Assembly: GCA_964468805.1 (NCBI GenBank) | Contig: CAYXWM010000006.1 | Location: 557-64,556, forward strand | DNA: 64,000 bases | Direction: 5' to 3' | Origin: an uncultured Defluviitaleaceae bacterium | GTDB lineage: Bacteria > Bacillota > Clostridia > Lachnospirales > WRBF01 | In this document: one piece after another, positions 48,158-57,566 of the stretch | How positions within the stretch are numbered: position 1 is the first letter of the stretch | Layout of the letters: each line of letters starts with the position of its first letter | Position numbers and translations under genes: made by a program | Notes under the pieces: generated by a model | Seen by the model: only the letters and a program-made list of their open reading frames with translations | The model's database searches: none | Told to the model about the DNA's origin: nothing

Positions 48158-48877
48158 ATGTTAAGCGATTCTGTAAGTAAACTAAAAGACATCGTTGCCC
48201 AACATGATAATATAGTTTTTTTCGGCGGTGCGGGAGTTTCCACTGAAAGCGGTATACCTGATTTTCGCTCTGTGGACGGTTTATATAACCAACAATACAA
48301 GTATCCGCCGGAAACGATTTTAAGCTATCCATTCTTTGTTTCAAATACATTTGAATTTTACGAGTTTTACAGAAACAAAATGATAATAAAAAACGTAAAA
48401 CCCAATCCCGCACATATTAAACTTGCGGAATTGGAACAGCAAGGCAAACTAAAAGCCGTCATTACCCAAAATATTGACGGTTTGCACCAAGCTGCCGGCA
48501 GTAAGAATGTTTTTGAGCTTCACGGCAGTATACATAGGAATTATTGCATGAAGTGCCGTAAATTTTATACCTTGGACTTTATAGCAAATTCTGCGGATGT
48601 TCCCTTATGCGATTGCGGAGGAACGATCAAGCCCGACGTTGTCTTGTACAGCGAATGTTTGGATTCCGGGATTTTGCATGATTCTACCAAGCTTATTTCT
48701 CGGGCGCAAGTACTTATAGTCGGCGGAACTTCCTTGGGAGTATACCCTGCGGCTCAATTAATAAATTATTATAAAGGCAATAATTTGATTCTGATTAACA
48801 AGGGCCAAACTCCTTGGGACAACAGAGCAGATCTATTGATAAACGACAGCATAGGTAAGGTTTTTTCTCAAATATAG
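48158..48877 (+). CDS. cobB: NAD-dependent protein deacylase, Sir2 family
   Basis: [22 protein letters not shown] and the zinc ribbon C.KC...C.CGG. Confidence 0.9.
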   Translation: MLSDSVSKLKDIVAQHDNIVFFGGAGVSTESGIPDFRSVDGLYNQQYKYPPETILSYPFFVSNTFEFYEFYRNKMIIKNVKPNPAHIKLAELEQQGKLKAVITQNIDGLHQAAGSKNVFELHGSIHRNYCMKCRKFYTLDFIANSADVPLCDCGGTIKPDVVLYSECLDSGILHDSTKLISRAQVLIVGGTSLGVYPAAQLINYYKGNNLILINKGQTPWDNRADLLINDSIGKVFSQI

Positions 48878-48899
48878 CTTAATAAAGCATATATAGCTG

Positions 48900-48928
48900 T
48901 TGACAAATTATTGACCTCATTGTATAAT
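48900..48928 (+). promoter_or_regulatory. consensus sigma-A promoter for the thiT leader
   Basis: TTGACA (48900-48905), 17-nt spacer, TATAAT (48923-48928). Confidence 0.7.
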
Positions 48929-48954
48929 TTCATAGATTAATATTTTTCTTGCAA

Positions 48955-49104
48955 TGTAATAAATGCTGGGGGTGTCTGTTAAAAATACAGGCTGAGAAAT
49001 ACCCTTTGTACCTGCTCCGGGTAATGCCGGCGAAGGAAAGCCATCAAAGGTATTCAATTTTATTTTTGACACACCTCCTTTGGCTAACTAAGGAGGTTTT
49101 TTTT
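48955..49104 (+). promoter_or_regulatory. TPP (THI-box) riboswitch with terminator/SD-sequestering hairpin
   Basis: Core motifs CTGGGGGTG, GCTGAGA and ACCCTTTGTACCTG...CCGGGTAATGCCGGCGAAGGAAAG. The cctcctt/aaggagg stem (49074-49096) is followed by T8 and contains the SD. Confidence 0.9.
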
Positions 49105-49644
49105 ATGAACAGTATTATTACTCGAAAGGCATTGATATACTCAAGCCTTTGCATAGCGTTGGCTACCATACTGTCAACGGTTAAGTTGTTTGAAATGCCC
49201 ATGGGTGGCACGGTTACCGCCTGCTCAATGTTGTTTATCGCTCTGTCCGGTTATTGGTTCGGAACTTTTACCGGTGTATTGACCGGTGTATTGACCGGTG
49301 TAGTTTACGGATTTCTTCAACTTGCCTTGGGTGCCGTTGTGGTTCATCCCATACAATTGTTGTTGGATTATCCTGTAGCCTTTGGGCTGTTGGGATTAAG
49401 CGGACTTTTTAAGGATAAGTACCTTATTCCCGGTTATGTTTTGGGCGCCTGCGGTCGTTTTGCGGCAAGTGTTATTTCGGGATTTGTGTTTTTCTCCGAA
49501 TATGCCGGCGATTCTCATCCCGTAATGTATTCCCTGCTATACAATATGTCCTACATATTGCCGGAAATAATAATAACCGTTGTATTGGTATCCGTTCCAA
49601 GTTTTAAACATGTAATAAAAAAAGTTGCGTTGAGCAACCGGTAA
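49105..49644 (+). CDS. thiT: ECF transporter S component for thiamine (ThiT-like)
   Basis: Six-TM small protein directly behind the TPP riboswitch. The ORF-track N-terminal extension (48949-49104) is the riboswitch read as protein. Confidence 0.8.
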   Translation: MNSIITRKALIYSSLCIALATILSTVKLFEMPMGGTVTACSMLFIALSGYWFGTFTGVLTGVLTGVVYGFLQLALGAVVVHPIQLLLDYPVAFGLLGLSGLFKDKYLIPGYVLGACGRFAASVISGFVFFSEYAGDSHPVMYSLLYNMSYILPEIIITVVLVSVPSFKHVIKKVALSNR

Positions 49645-49704
49645 TTTGTTAGAATACTTGATTTGTTGGGAATACTCTTAAAGGGTATGACTTGCAGATA
49701 ATTT

Positions 49705-49733
49705 GAACCCCGTAGATACGGGGTTTTTGTTTT
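49705..49733 (+). terminator. intrinsic terminator
   Basis: aaccccgta / tacggggtt stem followed by a T-run. Confidence 0.75.
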
Positions 49734-49769
49734 ATATACAGCAATTAATATTCAGCCTATACTTTGTTT

Positions 49770-49830
49770 TATACTTAATTGCAAAAGGAATATTAACAAA
49801 AGCTATTCTTCGTAAACGGTTCGCTCTTGC
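49770..49830 (+). repeat. dispersed inverted-repeat element, truncated copy (left half only)
   Basis: TATACTTAATTGCAAAAGGAATATTAACAAAAGCTATTCTTCGTAAACGGTTCGCTCTTGC, after which similarity is lost. Confidence 0.75.
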
Positions 49831-49933
49831 TGACTGCTTACTTTTATCAAGGACTGCCTTTTAAATCCTTTTCTTTACAATAACTCCGTTTTGATTTATG
49901 ATATATCCGGCAATAACTGTAACGAGGTGAAAA

Positions 49934-52342
49934 ATGATTAGGAATAAATCCGTATCCAAACCCATAGAACGTGTAAGTCCACACTACAGCTCCGGTCTAA
50001 CCCACCAAGAAGCAAGGGAACGTATGGAAGCAGGACTGCACAACTTACCTATAAAAAGTTTAACCCGTTCGGTTCCTCAAATAATATTTCAGAATCTTTT
50101 TACTTTGTTTAATATAATAAATGCAGTCCTTTCAGGGCTTATTATAATGGTAGGTAGTTATAAAAACCTGCTGTTTATGGGCGTGGTAATTTCCAACACC
50201 TTAATAGGCATAATACAGGAATTGAGAGCCAAAAGAAACATAGACAAACTTTCGATAATCACACAATCCAAAGTAACGTCTATACGCCAAGGCGATAGAA
50301 TCACGCTCTCTCAAGAGCAGCTGGTTTTGGATGATATTATGTTTATTGCCAACGGAAATCAAGTCTGTGCCGACAGTAAAGTTGTTTTTACGGAAGGTTT
50401 GGAAGTGGACGAATCTCAGCTTACCGGAGAGTCTAAACCGGTGTCCAAAACTGTCAATGACACGGTTATGTCCGGTAGTATTGTGGTTGCAGGCAGTGCT
50501 TATGTGCAAATAACGGCTGTAGGCACGGATAATTACGTTTCCAAACTGTCCTTGGAGGCAAAGCGTGAAAAAAAGCCCACCAGCCAACTTATGCGTGCCA
50601 TTAATGCCATAATCAAAACTCTTACCTTCGTTATACTTCCTTTGGGAATTGCACTTTTTGCAACTCAATTTACCAAAGGCGTAAGTTTTGAAACATCCGT
50701 TTTGGGAACAACCGCAGCTATGGTTGGTATGATACCGGAGGGCTTGGTTTTACTTACGGGAGTAGCCTTTGCCATCGGAGCAATAAATTTAGCACGAAGA
50801 AAGACATTGGTGCAGTCTTTGCCCTGTATAGAAACTCTGGCAAGAGTTGATGTACTGTGTTTGGACAAAACCGGCACTATAACTGACGGAAAACTAAACG
50901 TTACCCAATTAATCCCCATGAAAAATGCTGATGAAGATATTTCAACTTTAATTGCCGACGTAATTCATAACCTTAACGACAATAATCCCACAGCTATAGC
51001 CTTACAAAATAAGTTTGATCAAGTTTCCGGGCGAAAGGCAGCCTTAAAAATTCCCTTTTCATCAGCGAGAAAATGGAGCGGTTGCCAATTTGAAAACGGA
51101 GACAGTTATGTAGTAGGTGCGGCAGAATTTGTGCTTGATGAGATAGATACAGAATTAAATGAGACAATAAATCACTACTCTTCACAAGGATTCAGGGTTT
51201 TGGGTTTTGCTAAGGCAAATGGGGATTTAAACTCCTCCGAGTCAAACAACGACTTGCTGGCATTGATTATTATTTCCGACAATATCAGACCGGAAGCTCC
51301 CCATACATTCAGCTTTTTTAAAGAGCAAGGTGTAGACGTAAAGGTAATATCGGGAGACAATCCGGTTACCGTATCCAACGTGGCTGTTCGGGCAGGTTTG
51401 TCACAGGCAGGCAACTACATAGACATGTCCGCTGTAGGCGATAATGAGCCTTACGAAAAACTGGTGGAAGAAAACACCGTGTTCGGAAGAGTTTCGCCCT
51501 TTCAAAAGCGAAAACTGGTAAAGGCTTTACAAAAAAACGGACATATAGTTGCCATGACCGGTGATGGGGTAAATGATGTTTTGGCATTAAAAGACGCCGA
51601 TTGCAGCATAGCCATGGCAGAAGGAAGCGATGCGGCACGAAATGTATCAGACTTTGTACTGCTGAACTCGGATTTTTCCTCCATGATTAACGTGGTCAGA
51701 GAGGGCAGACGGGTTGTAAACAATATAGAACGAGTTGCGGCACTATATTTGGTAAAAACCATTTTTTCAGTTATATTAACATTGATTTTTATATTCCTGC
51801 CTCTGGAATTTCCTTTCGAACCAATACAAATGACCCCGGCTTCCACGCTTACCGTAGGTATACCGTCGTTCTTTTTGGCACTGAAACCCACCTACAGACG
51901 CATAAGAGGTAGATTTATTCGCGAGGTGTTAAGATTTGCCTTACCCGGTGCTCTGTGTATAATAATCAATCTGATTCTTATTCAGATTTTTGCACCTATG
52001 CTTGGGTTGAATTATGATCAAACCTCTACCGTAAGTGCATTAATGACCGGTGCTTTCAGTTTTATAGTTCTGTACTATGTATCAAGACCCCTTGATTTTT
52101 GGCGTAAACTTATGATAGGCTTGCTGATGGCGGCATATTTGTCGGTATTTTTGTTTTTCGGTTCCTTCTTTTCTTTAACTTCACTTTTTTCGGAAACGGC
52201 ATATTTATATCTTCCGCTTATAATGGTATCACTGCCCTTATTTAGGATAATTTCTTTCCTGTGCTTAAATGTTTCCCGTAGGATTCGAAGATATCAAAGA
52301 AAAAGAGCAAAAAAGGTTTATAATCGCTCTACTAAGCAATAA
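49934..52342 (+). CDS. cation-translocating P-type ATPase
   Basis: TGES, CLDKTGTITDG and MTGDGVNDVLALKDAD motifs. 802 aa. Ion specificity cannot be determined by eye. Confidence 0.88.
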   Translation: MIRNKSVSKPIERVSPHYSSGLTHQEARERMEAGLHNLPIKSLTRSVPQIIFQNLFTLFNIINAVLSGLIIMVGSYKNLLFMGVVISNTLIGIIQELRAKRNIDKLSIITQSKVTSIRQGDRITLSQEQLVLDDIMFIANGNQVCADSKVVFTEGLEVDESQLTGESKPVSKTVNDTVMSGSIVVAGSAYVQITAVGTDNYVSKLSLEAKREKKPTSQLMRAINAIIKTLTFVILPLGIALFATQFTKGVSFETSVLGTTAAMVGMIPEGLVLLTGVAFAIGAINLARRKTLVQSLPCIETLARVDVLCLDKTGTITDGKLNVTQLIPMKNADEDISTLIADVIHNLNDNNPTAIALQNKFDQVSGRKAALKIPFSSARKWSGCQFENGDSYVVGAAEFVLDEIDTELNETINHYSSQGFRVLGFAKANGDLNSSESNNDLLALIIISDNIRPEAPHTFSFFKEQGVDVKVISGDNPVTVSNVAVRAGLSQAGNYIDMSAVGDNEPYEKLVEENTVFGRVSPFQKRKLVKALQKNGHIVAMTGDGVNDVLALKDADCSIAMAEGSDAARNVSDFVLLNSDFSSMINVVREGRRVVNNIERVAALYLVKTIFSVILTLIFIFLPLEFPFEPIQMTPASTLTVGIPSFFLALKPTYRRIRGRFIREVLRFALPGALCIIINLILIQIFAPMLGLNYDQTSTVSALMTGAFSFIVLYYVSRPLDFWRKLMIGLLMAAYLSVFLFFGSFFSLTSLFSETAYLYLPLIMVSLPLFRIISFLCLNVSRRIRRYQRKRAKKVYNRSTKQ

Positions 52343-52359
52343 ATAAACAATAAATAAAC

Positions 52360-52415
52360 AAAGCTGTAGTGTGAGAAAATTCATATACCAAATGATTTTC
52401 CCACACTACAGCTTT
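52360..52415. terminator. bidirectional terminator between convergent genes
   Basis: Stem of about 20 bp, aaagctgtagtgtgagaaaat / attttcccacactacagcttt. Confidence 0.75.
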
Positions 52416-53325
52416 ATTTTTCTGTTAAGTGTTTTTTACACTCAAAATAAAATATAAATATAAACTTCTTAATGTTAATACTTATATCGGAAATAGCCGG
52501 CTCTATACCTTTATCCAGCTTGTTCATAACTTTTCTTATCTCTATAAAATCAAACAGCTTATAGGCGTATTCTTGATACTTTGAATTGGTGAAGTCCTCA
52601 AGACAAAGAGAGGCATAAGTCTTGATGGAATTAAAAACAGCCCTGCGAATTCTTTGTTCAACTGCCTTGGTCTCTTTATTGATTTCTGCCTTTGTTGCAG
52701 ACCGTCCTATTTTCATTTCTGCTACATATGTAAATATTTCCTTCATTGACGGATAATCAAAATTATTTGAAGCTTGTTCCTTTTCCCTTAAGTAAGTAAC
52801 CATATGAAAGAAGTCGGTTTTGGAGATGTCGGCTATAATTCCAAGCTCCGTAAGGAGAAATTCCACGGCGGACATTACACCCACATTTTTGTTTTTTTCG
52901 GGTTTAATATCATCGGTGATAATATTTAGTGATTTGCGAATACCGTTTAAGGAGTCGTGTAATTTTTTGTTTTGGGATACTTTTTGAATAATTTTAATGA
53001 CTTCTATTTTATTTATGGGCTTGGTTATGTAATATTCAATGTTTAGGGAATATGCTCTTCCTACCATTTCTTTGTTTTCCACTTGAGAAAGCATAATTAT
53101 TTTACCCTGAAAATCCTCCAAGCTTCGAACGGTTTCTATGCCGTCTCTGCCGGACATAAGCAAATCTATAATGAGAATATCAACATTTTTAAGGTTTAAT
53201 ATTTCTGAACTGACTTCCAGCCCGTCTTCTGCCATTCCCACGGTTTCTCCCAAATCAGCATCCTCTATAATTTCCTTAACCATTGAACGTACAGCGAAAT
53301 CATCGTCTACTATAAAAAAACGCAA
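52414..53325 (-). CDS. response regulator, GlnL/YcbB-like (receiver + YcbB-type C-terminal domain)
   Basis: Receiver motifs (DDD, DLLMSG, K). The 303-aa length and the non-OmpR/NarL C-terminus are as in B. subtilis GlnL. Confidence 0.7.
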   Translation of the reverse strand: MRFFIVDDDFAVRSMVKEIIEDADLGETVGMAEDGLEVSSEILNLKNVDILIIDLLMSGRDGIETVRSLEDFQGKIIMLSQVENKEMVGRAYSLNIEYYITKPINKIEVIKIIQKVSQNKKLHDSLNGIRKSLNIITDDIKPEKNKNVGVMSAVEFLLTELGIIADISKTDFFHMVTYLREKEQASNNFDYPSMKEIFTYVAEMKIGRSATKAEINKETKAVEQRIRRAVFNSIKTYASLCLEDFTNSKYQEYAYKLFDFIEIRKVMNKLDKGIEPAISDISINIKKFIFIFYFECKKHLTEK

Positions 53326-53348
53326 ATCTCACAACTCCTTTCATAAAT

Positions 53349-54653
53349 CTACACCTTAGAATCGCATAAGCTGTTTATGGGCAGGCGTATGTTAAACACC
53401 GTTTGAAGAAGACGTTCTTCGTCTGTTTTAAATTCTACGCTGCCACCCAAATCGGTTACTATTTCTTTAACATATACCAACCCTATCCCGGTAGAAGGTC
53501 TTCCTTCTTCATCAAATTTAGTAGTGTAACCGGGAGCGAATATCAGTTCTTTTTTTGCTTCGGGTATGCCTTTACCGTTATCCGCAACGGTAATTTCCAA
53601 AAAGCCTTCTTTCTTCTCCAAAGTTATTTCTATGTAACCGACAGAATTTATTGACTCTACGGAGTTAACAACCAGGTTATTTACTATAGAAAGTAAGGTG
53701 CAGACATGCAGCTTGGGTAAATCATCCGGTATATTTAAACAGAAAATAACCTTTCTGTTTAACGAAAGGGCATATTTTTCGTTTGTAGAGGCTACTACCT
53801 GAATTATTTCGCCGGCATTCATATAATCCGTATATTGTTCTTTTGTTATTAGTTTGGACAATCCGGCGTAAATACGCTGATTGTCTTTCTTTATTTCATG
53901 AACGAGTTTTGCTATGTCCAAAAAGTTTTGGTCTACGGGTAATTTTTCTTCGGTATTGGGTTCGGAGCTGTATTTTTTGTATAAATCAAAACATTTTCGA
54001 GTGAGATGCTCGGCACTGTCCAAGGATTTTTTAACCAGTATAGCCTCCTCATACAAACCGGAAATCAAAAGGAGCAGTTGTTTGTTTTGTATTTCCTTGT
54101 GTTTGCAGATTATTCCCTTTTCTCGAAGCATGATTGCGTTATAAAAAGCCAGAGCAAAACAACTTCTGATTAAACTTATAACTAAAAGGTTAACGGAGTC
54201 TTGCAAAGAAAAAACATCACCCATCATATAAAAACGAACTATCTTTTCTATACAATTTGCTCCGAAATCGCTGAGTACCACAAACAATCCGTATGTAATA
54301 GGTGTTTCCCAATATTTTTCAGCTTTTAGCACATAATAAACCAGAACATACCCAAAATAATAAAAAAATGCCGGAAAATGCATAAGAAAAGCTGTATCTA
54401 AACCATAACCGGAAAAAACAGCTAACATTATTCTAAATATTACAACCAAAATTCCCGCCGCCGCACCGTAAAGAAGCACATTAATCTTTCTGACAAAAAG
54501 CGAATAAAAAAGGAACAGCGTAGCTCCCAGTCCTATACGAAAAGAGTCAAAAAACGGTGTAATTTTAAACTCTCCGGTAATAGGCACAATAAGCAAAATC
54601 AGAAGGAGAATGGATAACTCCGAAAATTCATGCCTCTTAGTTTTATCTCTCAT
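53349..54653 (-). CDS. sensor histidine kinase, GlnK/YcbA-like (multi-TM sensor + GHKL ATPase)
   Basis: About 5 N-terminal TM helices, an H-box-like VHEIKKDN, an N-box NNLVVNSVES, and G-boxes DNGKGI and GIGL. Confidence 0.75.
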   Translation of the reverse strand: MRDKTKRHEFSELSILLLILLIVPITGEFKITPFFDSFRIGLGATLFLFYSLFVRKINVLLYGAAAGILVVIFRIMLAVFSGYGLDTAFLMHFPAFFYYFGYVLVYYVLKAEKYWETPITYGLFVVLSDFGANCIEKIVRFYMMGDVFSLQDSVNLLVISLIRSCFALAFYNAIMLREKGIICKHKEIQNKQLLLLISGLYEEAILVKKSLDSAEHLTRKCFDLYKKYSSEPNTEEKLPVDQNFLDIAKLVHEIKKDNQRIYAGLSKLITKEQYTDYMNAGEIIQVVASTNEKYALSLNRKVIFCLNIPDDLPKLHVCTLLSIVNNLVVNSVESINSVGYIEITLEKKEGFLEITVADNGKGIPEAKKELIFAPGYTTKFDEEGRPSTGIGLVYVKEIVTDLGGSVEFKTDEERLLQTVFNIRLPINSLCDSKV

Positions 54654-54961
54654 AAATGTCCTTCCAATATCTTTTTATTTTTATTATATAGTTTTTTATA
54701 GTTTTTTGTAGATGGTGTTTTATTATCTGTAAACAACTAAGTTGATTGAAGCCCAACGTAAAGACAGTAAAGATAATAAAATCTCGCCTCATTATTAGAT
54801 ATTTTCACACTGAAAATCAGTAGCTAAACGTGAAATATTCCCGGAATAGTAAGTTTTCCGAGAATCAGATTTCGCATAAAAATATGTTGAATTATACTGT
54901 ATCCTGAAAGACGTACAGTAAAAAGATATAGTATTATACATTGCAAAAGGAGGAAAAAGCA

Positions 54962-56188
54962 ATGAAAAAACTTGGTTTAACCACAAAAATTTTCATTGGA
55001 TTGTTGCTGGGTATTTTGGCAGGCGTTCTATGCTATTCAATACAGGCCGGCAGCTTTGTGGATGAATATGTGGCTCCCATAGGCACAATATTTTTAAACC
55101 TGATTAAAATGTTAATTGTACCCTTGGTATTCTCATCGTTGGTTATCGGCGTTACAGGCCTGGGCGACATTAAAAAACTTGGCAGAATAGGTGTAAAAAC
55201 AATACTTTTGTTTTTTGCGACAACTATTATAGCTGTAACCTTTGGTTTATTGCTGGGTAACGTGGTAAATATGGGAGCTGGTGTTACCATATCTCAAGCT
55301 ACTGTCGTTGAAGCAAAGGAAGCACCCACACTTATCGAAAACATAGTTGCAATATTCCCGGCAAATCCCTTGAAAGCCATGGTTGAAGCACAAATGCTGC
55401 CCATAATAGTTTTTGCCATTTTTATAGGCGTAGGCATTTTAATGGTGGGCAAAAAAGCAAAACCGGTGGAAGACGTAATCAGTGCCATAGCTGACGTTAT
55501 GTATAAAATTACGGAAATCATAATGAAACTGGCTCCTATTGGGGTATTCGGCTTGATAACTCCGGTTGTTGCCAAAAACGGTCCCGAGGTTTTGGCACCC
55601 CTTTCATTATTGATTGTTGTGGCTTATGGAGCTTCCTTCTTGCAATTAATTATTACTTATCCGATTATAGTAAAATTATTTGCGAATATGAACCCTATAC
55701 ATTTCTTCAAAGTTATGCTTCCCTCTGCAACTTTAGCCTTCAGTACTTGCAGCAGCTCCGGAACTCTGCCTGTTACCCTAAAATGTACCAGAGATGAGTT
55801 GGGAGTTTCCAACAGCGTATCCAGCTTCGTTTTGCCCTTGGGTGCCACCATTCATATGGACGGAACTTCCATTTATCAGGGCGTATGTGCTTTGTTTGTG
55901 GCAAGCGTTTTGGGTGTTGAACTCAGCCTCTTGCAGCAGATTACCATAGTCACCACCACCGTACTGGCTTCTATAGGAACGGCGGGTGTACCCGGTTCCG
56001 GTTTTATTATGCTAACCATGGTTTTAACCTCTATTGGGTTACCCCTAGAAGTAACAGGGCTAATCGTAGGCGTCGACAGAATCTTGGATATGGCAAGAAC
56101 CCTTGTTAATGTTGTGGGTGATGCGGCTGTTGCCGTTGCAGTAGCCGGTATGGAAGGCGAAAAGCTTAATACGGGTAAAACTCAATAA
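54962..56188 (+). CDS. dicarboxylate/amino acid:cation symporter (DAACS family)
   Basis: AAAGGAGG SD before the ATG at 54962. Motifs SSSGTLPV and GATIHMDGT, and the VNVVGDA tail. Confidence 0.88.
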   Translation: MKKLGLTTKIFIGLLLGILAGVLCYSIQAGSFVDEYVAPIGTIFLNLIKMLIVPLVFSSLVIGVTGLGDIKKLGRIGVKTILLFFATTIIAVTFGLLLGNVVNMGAGVTISQATVVEAKEAPTLIENIVAIFPANPLKAMVEAQMLPIIVFAIFIGVGILMVGKKAKPVEDVISAIADVMYKITEIIMKLAPIGVFGLITPVVAKNGPEVLAPLSLLIVVAYGASFLQLIITYPIIVKLFANMNPIHFFKVMLPSATLAFSTCSSSGTLPVTLKCTRDELGVSNSVSSFVLPLGATIHMDGTSIYQGVCALFVASVLGVELSLLQQITIVTTTVLASIGTAGVPGSGFIMLTMVLTSIGLPLEVTGLIVGVDRILDMARTLVNVVGDAAVAVAVAGMEGEKLNTGKTQ

Positions 56189-56236
56189 TAGTTAATTTAC
56201 TAATAGAAACTTCATGTTATTTTACCTCATATATAG

Positions 56237-56275
56237 AAAACACTCTGTTATTTGTCCGTAACAGAGTGTTTTTTA
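56237..56275 (+). terminator. intrinsic terminator
   Basis: aaaacactctgtta / taacagagtgtttt stem followed by a T-run. Confidence 0.8.
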
Positions 56276-56396
56276 TTCCCCAAATTTTTAATTATTCTCA
56301 AGACTTTTTATTGCATTTCAACAGAATTTACATTTATAATAGATTATTACAAAATTATCAAGGTTTCGGATTTAATATAAACTAAAGATAAGGAGA

Positions 56397-57440
56397 ATGA
56401 AATTGAGAATAAAAGAGTACCCTTTCGGAATTACAAAAAGCGGCGAAAAAGTAAAGGCATTTGAATTGGAAAACAATAACGGTATGAAGGTAACTATTTT
56501 AAATTACGGATGCACAATTACCAAAATCGAAATCCCGGATAAGGCCGGAAAGTTAACAGACGTATGCCTTGGCTATAATACCATAGAAGAATACGAGGAA
56601 AAAGACGGTTATTTGGGTGCTGTGGTGGGCAGATACGCAAACCGCATACGCAACGGAGAATTCGAGCTTAACGGCAATAAATATACCTTGGCTGTAAATA
56701 ACGGTCCCAATCATTTGCATGGGGGCTTAAAAGGTTTTGACAAATATATTTGGAGACATTCCGTAACAGAAGTAGGTTTGCAATTTAACAGAACCTCCGT
56801 TGATACAGAAGAAGGCTATCCGGGTAATTTGGATGTTGCGGTAACGTACAATTTAAGTGACGAAAATGAGCTTTACATAATTTATAAAGCTGTTTGTGAC
56901 CAAGATACGCCCATTAATTTAACCAATCACGCTTACTTTAATTTGGACGGAGAGCAATCGGGAGATATATTGGGTCACAGCATACAAATTTTCGGCGGCA
57001 ATTTCTTGGAAAGCGACGAAAATTGTCTGCCTACCGGCAAAATTCTTTCCGTGGAAGATACGGCTTTTGATTTCAGGGAGAGTAAAAAAATAGGGCTTGA
57101 TATAGGAAAAGACGAAGTTCAGTTGATTAACGGTAAAGGATACGACCATAACTGGATTTTGGACAGCGAAAGCTATCTTAAAAAAGCAGCTGTATTAAAA
57201 GGCGAAAAAACCGAAATTCAAATGACCGTGTATACTACCCAACCGGGTATGCAATTTTACAGCGGCAATTTTTTAACCGAAAGAAAGGGAAAACAGGGCA
57301 ATTATCAAAAACGCAGCGGTCTTTGTTTGGAAACACAGCATTTTCCCGACTCCGTGAGAAATAAACATTTTCCCGATGTTATTATAAAAAAGGGAGATAT
57401 GTATAACCAAACCACGGTATACAAATTTGATACCAATTAA
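56397..57440 (+). CDS. galM: aldose 1-epimerase (mutarotase)
   Basis: GRYANRI, NHLHGG, NLTNHAYFNL and ETQHFPD motifs. The SD spacing at 56397 is short, so the TTG at 56403 is an alternative start. Confidence 0.88.
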   Translation: MKLRIKEYPFGITKSGEKVKAFELENNNGMKVTILNYGCTITKIEIPDKAGKLTDVCLGYNTIEEYEEKDGYLGAVVGRYANRIRNGEFELNGNKYTLAVNNGPNHLHGGLKGFDKYIWRHSVTEVGLQFNRTSVDTEEGYPGNLDVAVTYNLSDENELYIIYKAVCDQDTPINLTNHAYFNLDGEQSGDILGHSIQIFGGNFLESDENCLPTGKILSVEDTAFDFRESKKIGLDIGKDEVQLINGKGYDHNWILDSESYLKKAAVLKGEKTEIQMTVYTTQPGMQFYSGNFLTERKGKQGNYQKRSGLCLETQHFPDSVRNKHFPDVIIKKGDMYNQTTVYKFDTN

Positions 57441-57466
57441 AAGGTATTAGACCAATTAGAAATATA

Positions 57467-57509
57467 AAAGGAGTAGAAAACCTTGTTATACGGTGTCTGC
57501 TCCTTTTTT
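57467..57509. terminator. bidirectional terminator
   Basis: aaaggagtaga / tctgctccttt stem (one mismatch) with flanking A/T runs between convergent genes. Confidence 0.6.
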
Positions 57510-57566
57510 ATATCCTTTAATGATTAAAAATTAAAAAACAATCAGTATTTTCTTTTAAAATCTAAT

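Noticed and set aside
48949-49104. N-terminal 52 codons of ORF 48949-49644 (MQCNKCWGCLLKIQAEKY...)
   Set aside because: This stretch is the TPP riboswitch aptamer and terminator read as protein. The real thiT start is the ATG at 49105, right after the SD in the terminator stem.
1707-49830. Possibility that the recurring ~140-bp sequences are a CRISPR array or tRNA/sRNA genes
   Set aside because: Copies are kilobases apart rather than arrayed with spacers. There is no cloverleaf or known sRNA signature and no cas genes. They are therefore classed as a dispersed repeat.
52342-53349. Switch from mostly plus-strand to mostly minus-strand genes near 52.4 kb as a replication terminus/dif region
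   Set aside because: Plus-strand genes resume at 54962-57440. No dif-like XerCD site was recognised by eye, and a 64-kb window is too short for a skew analysis.
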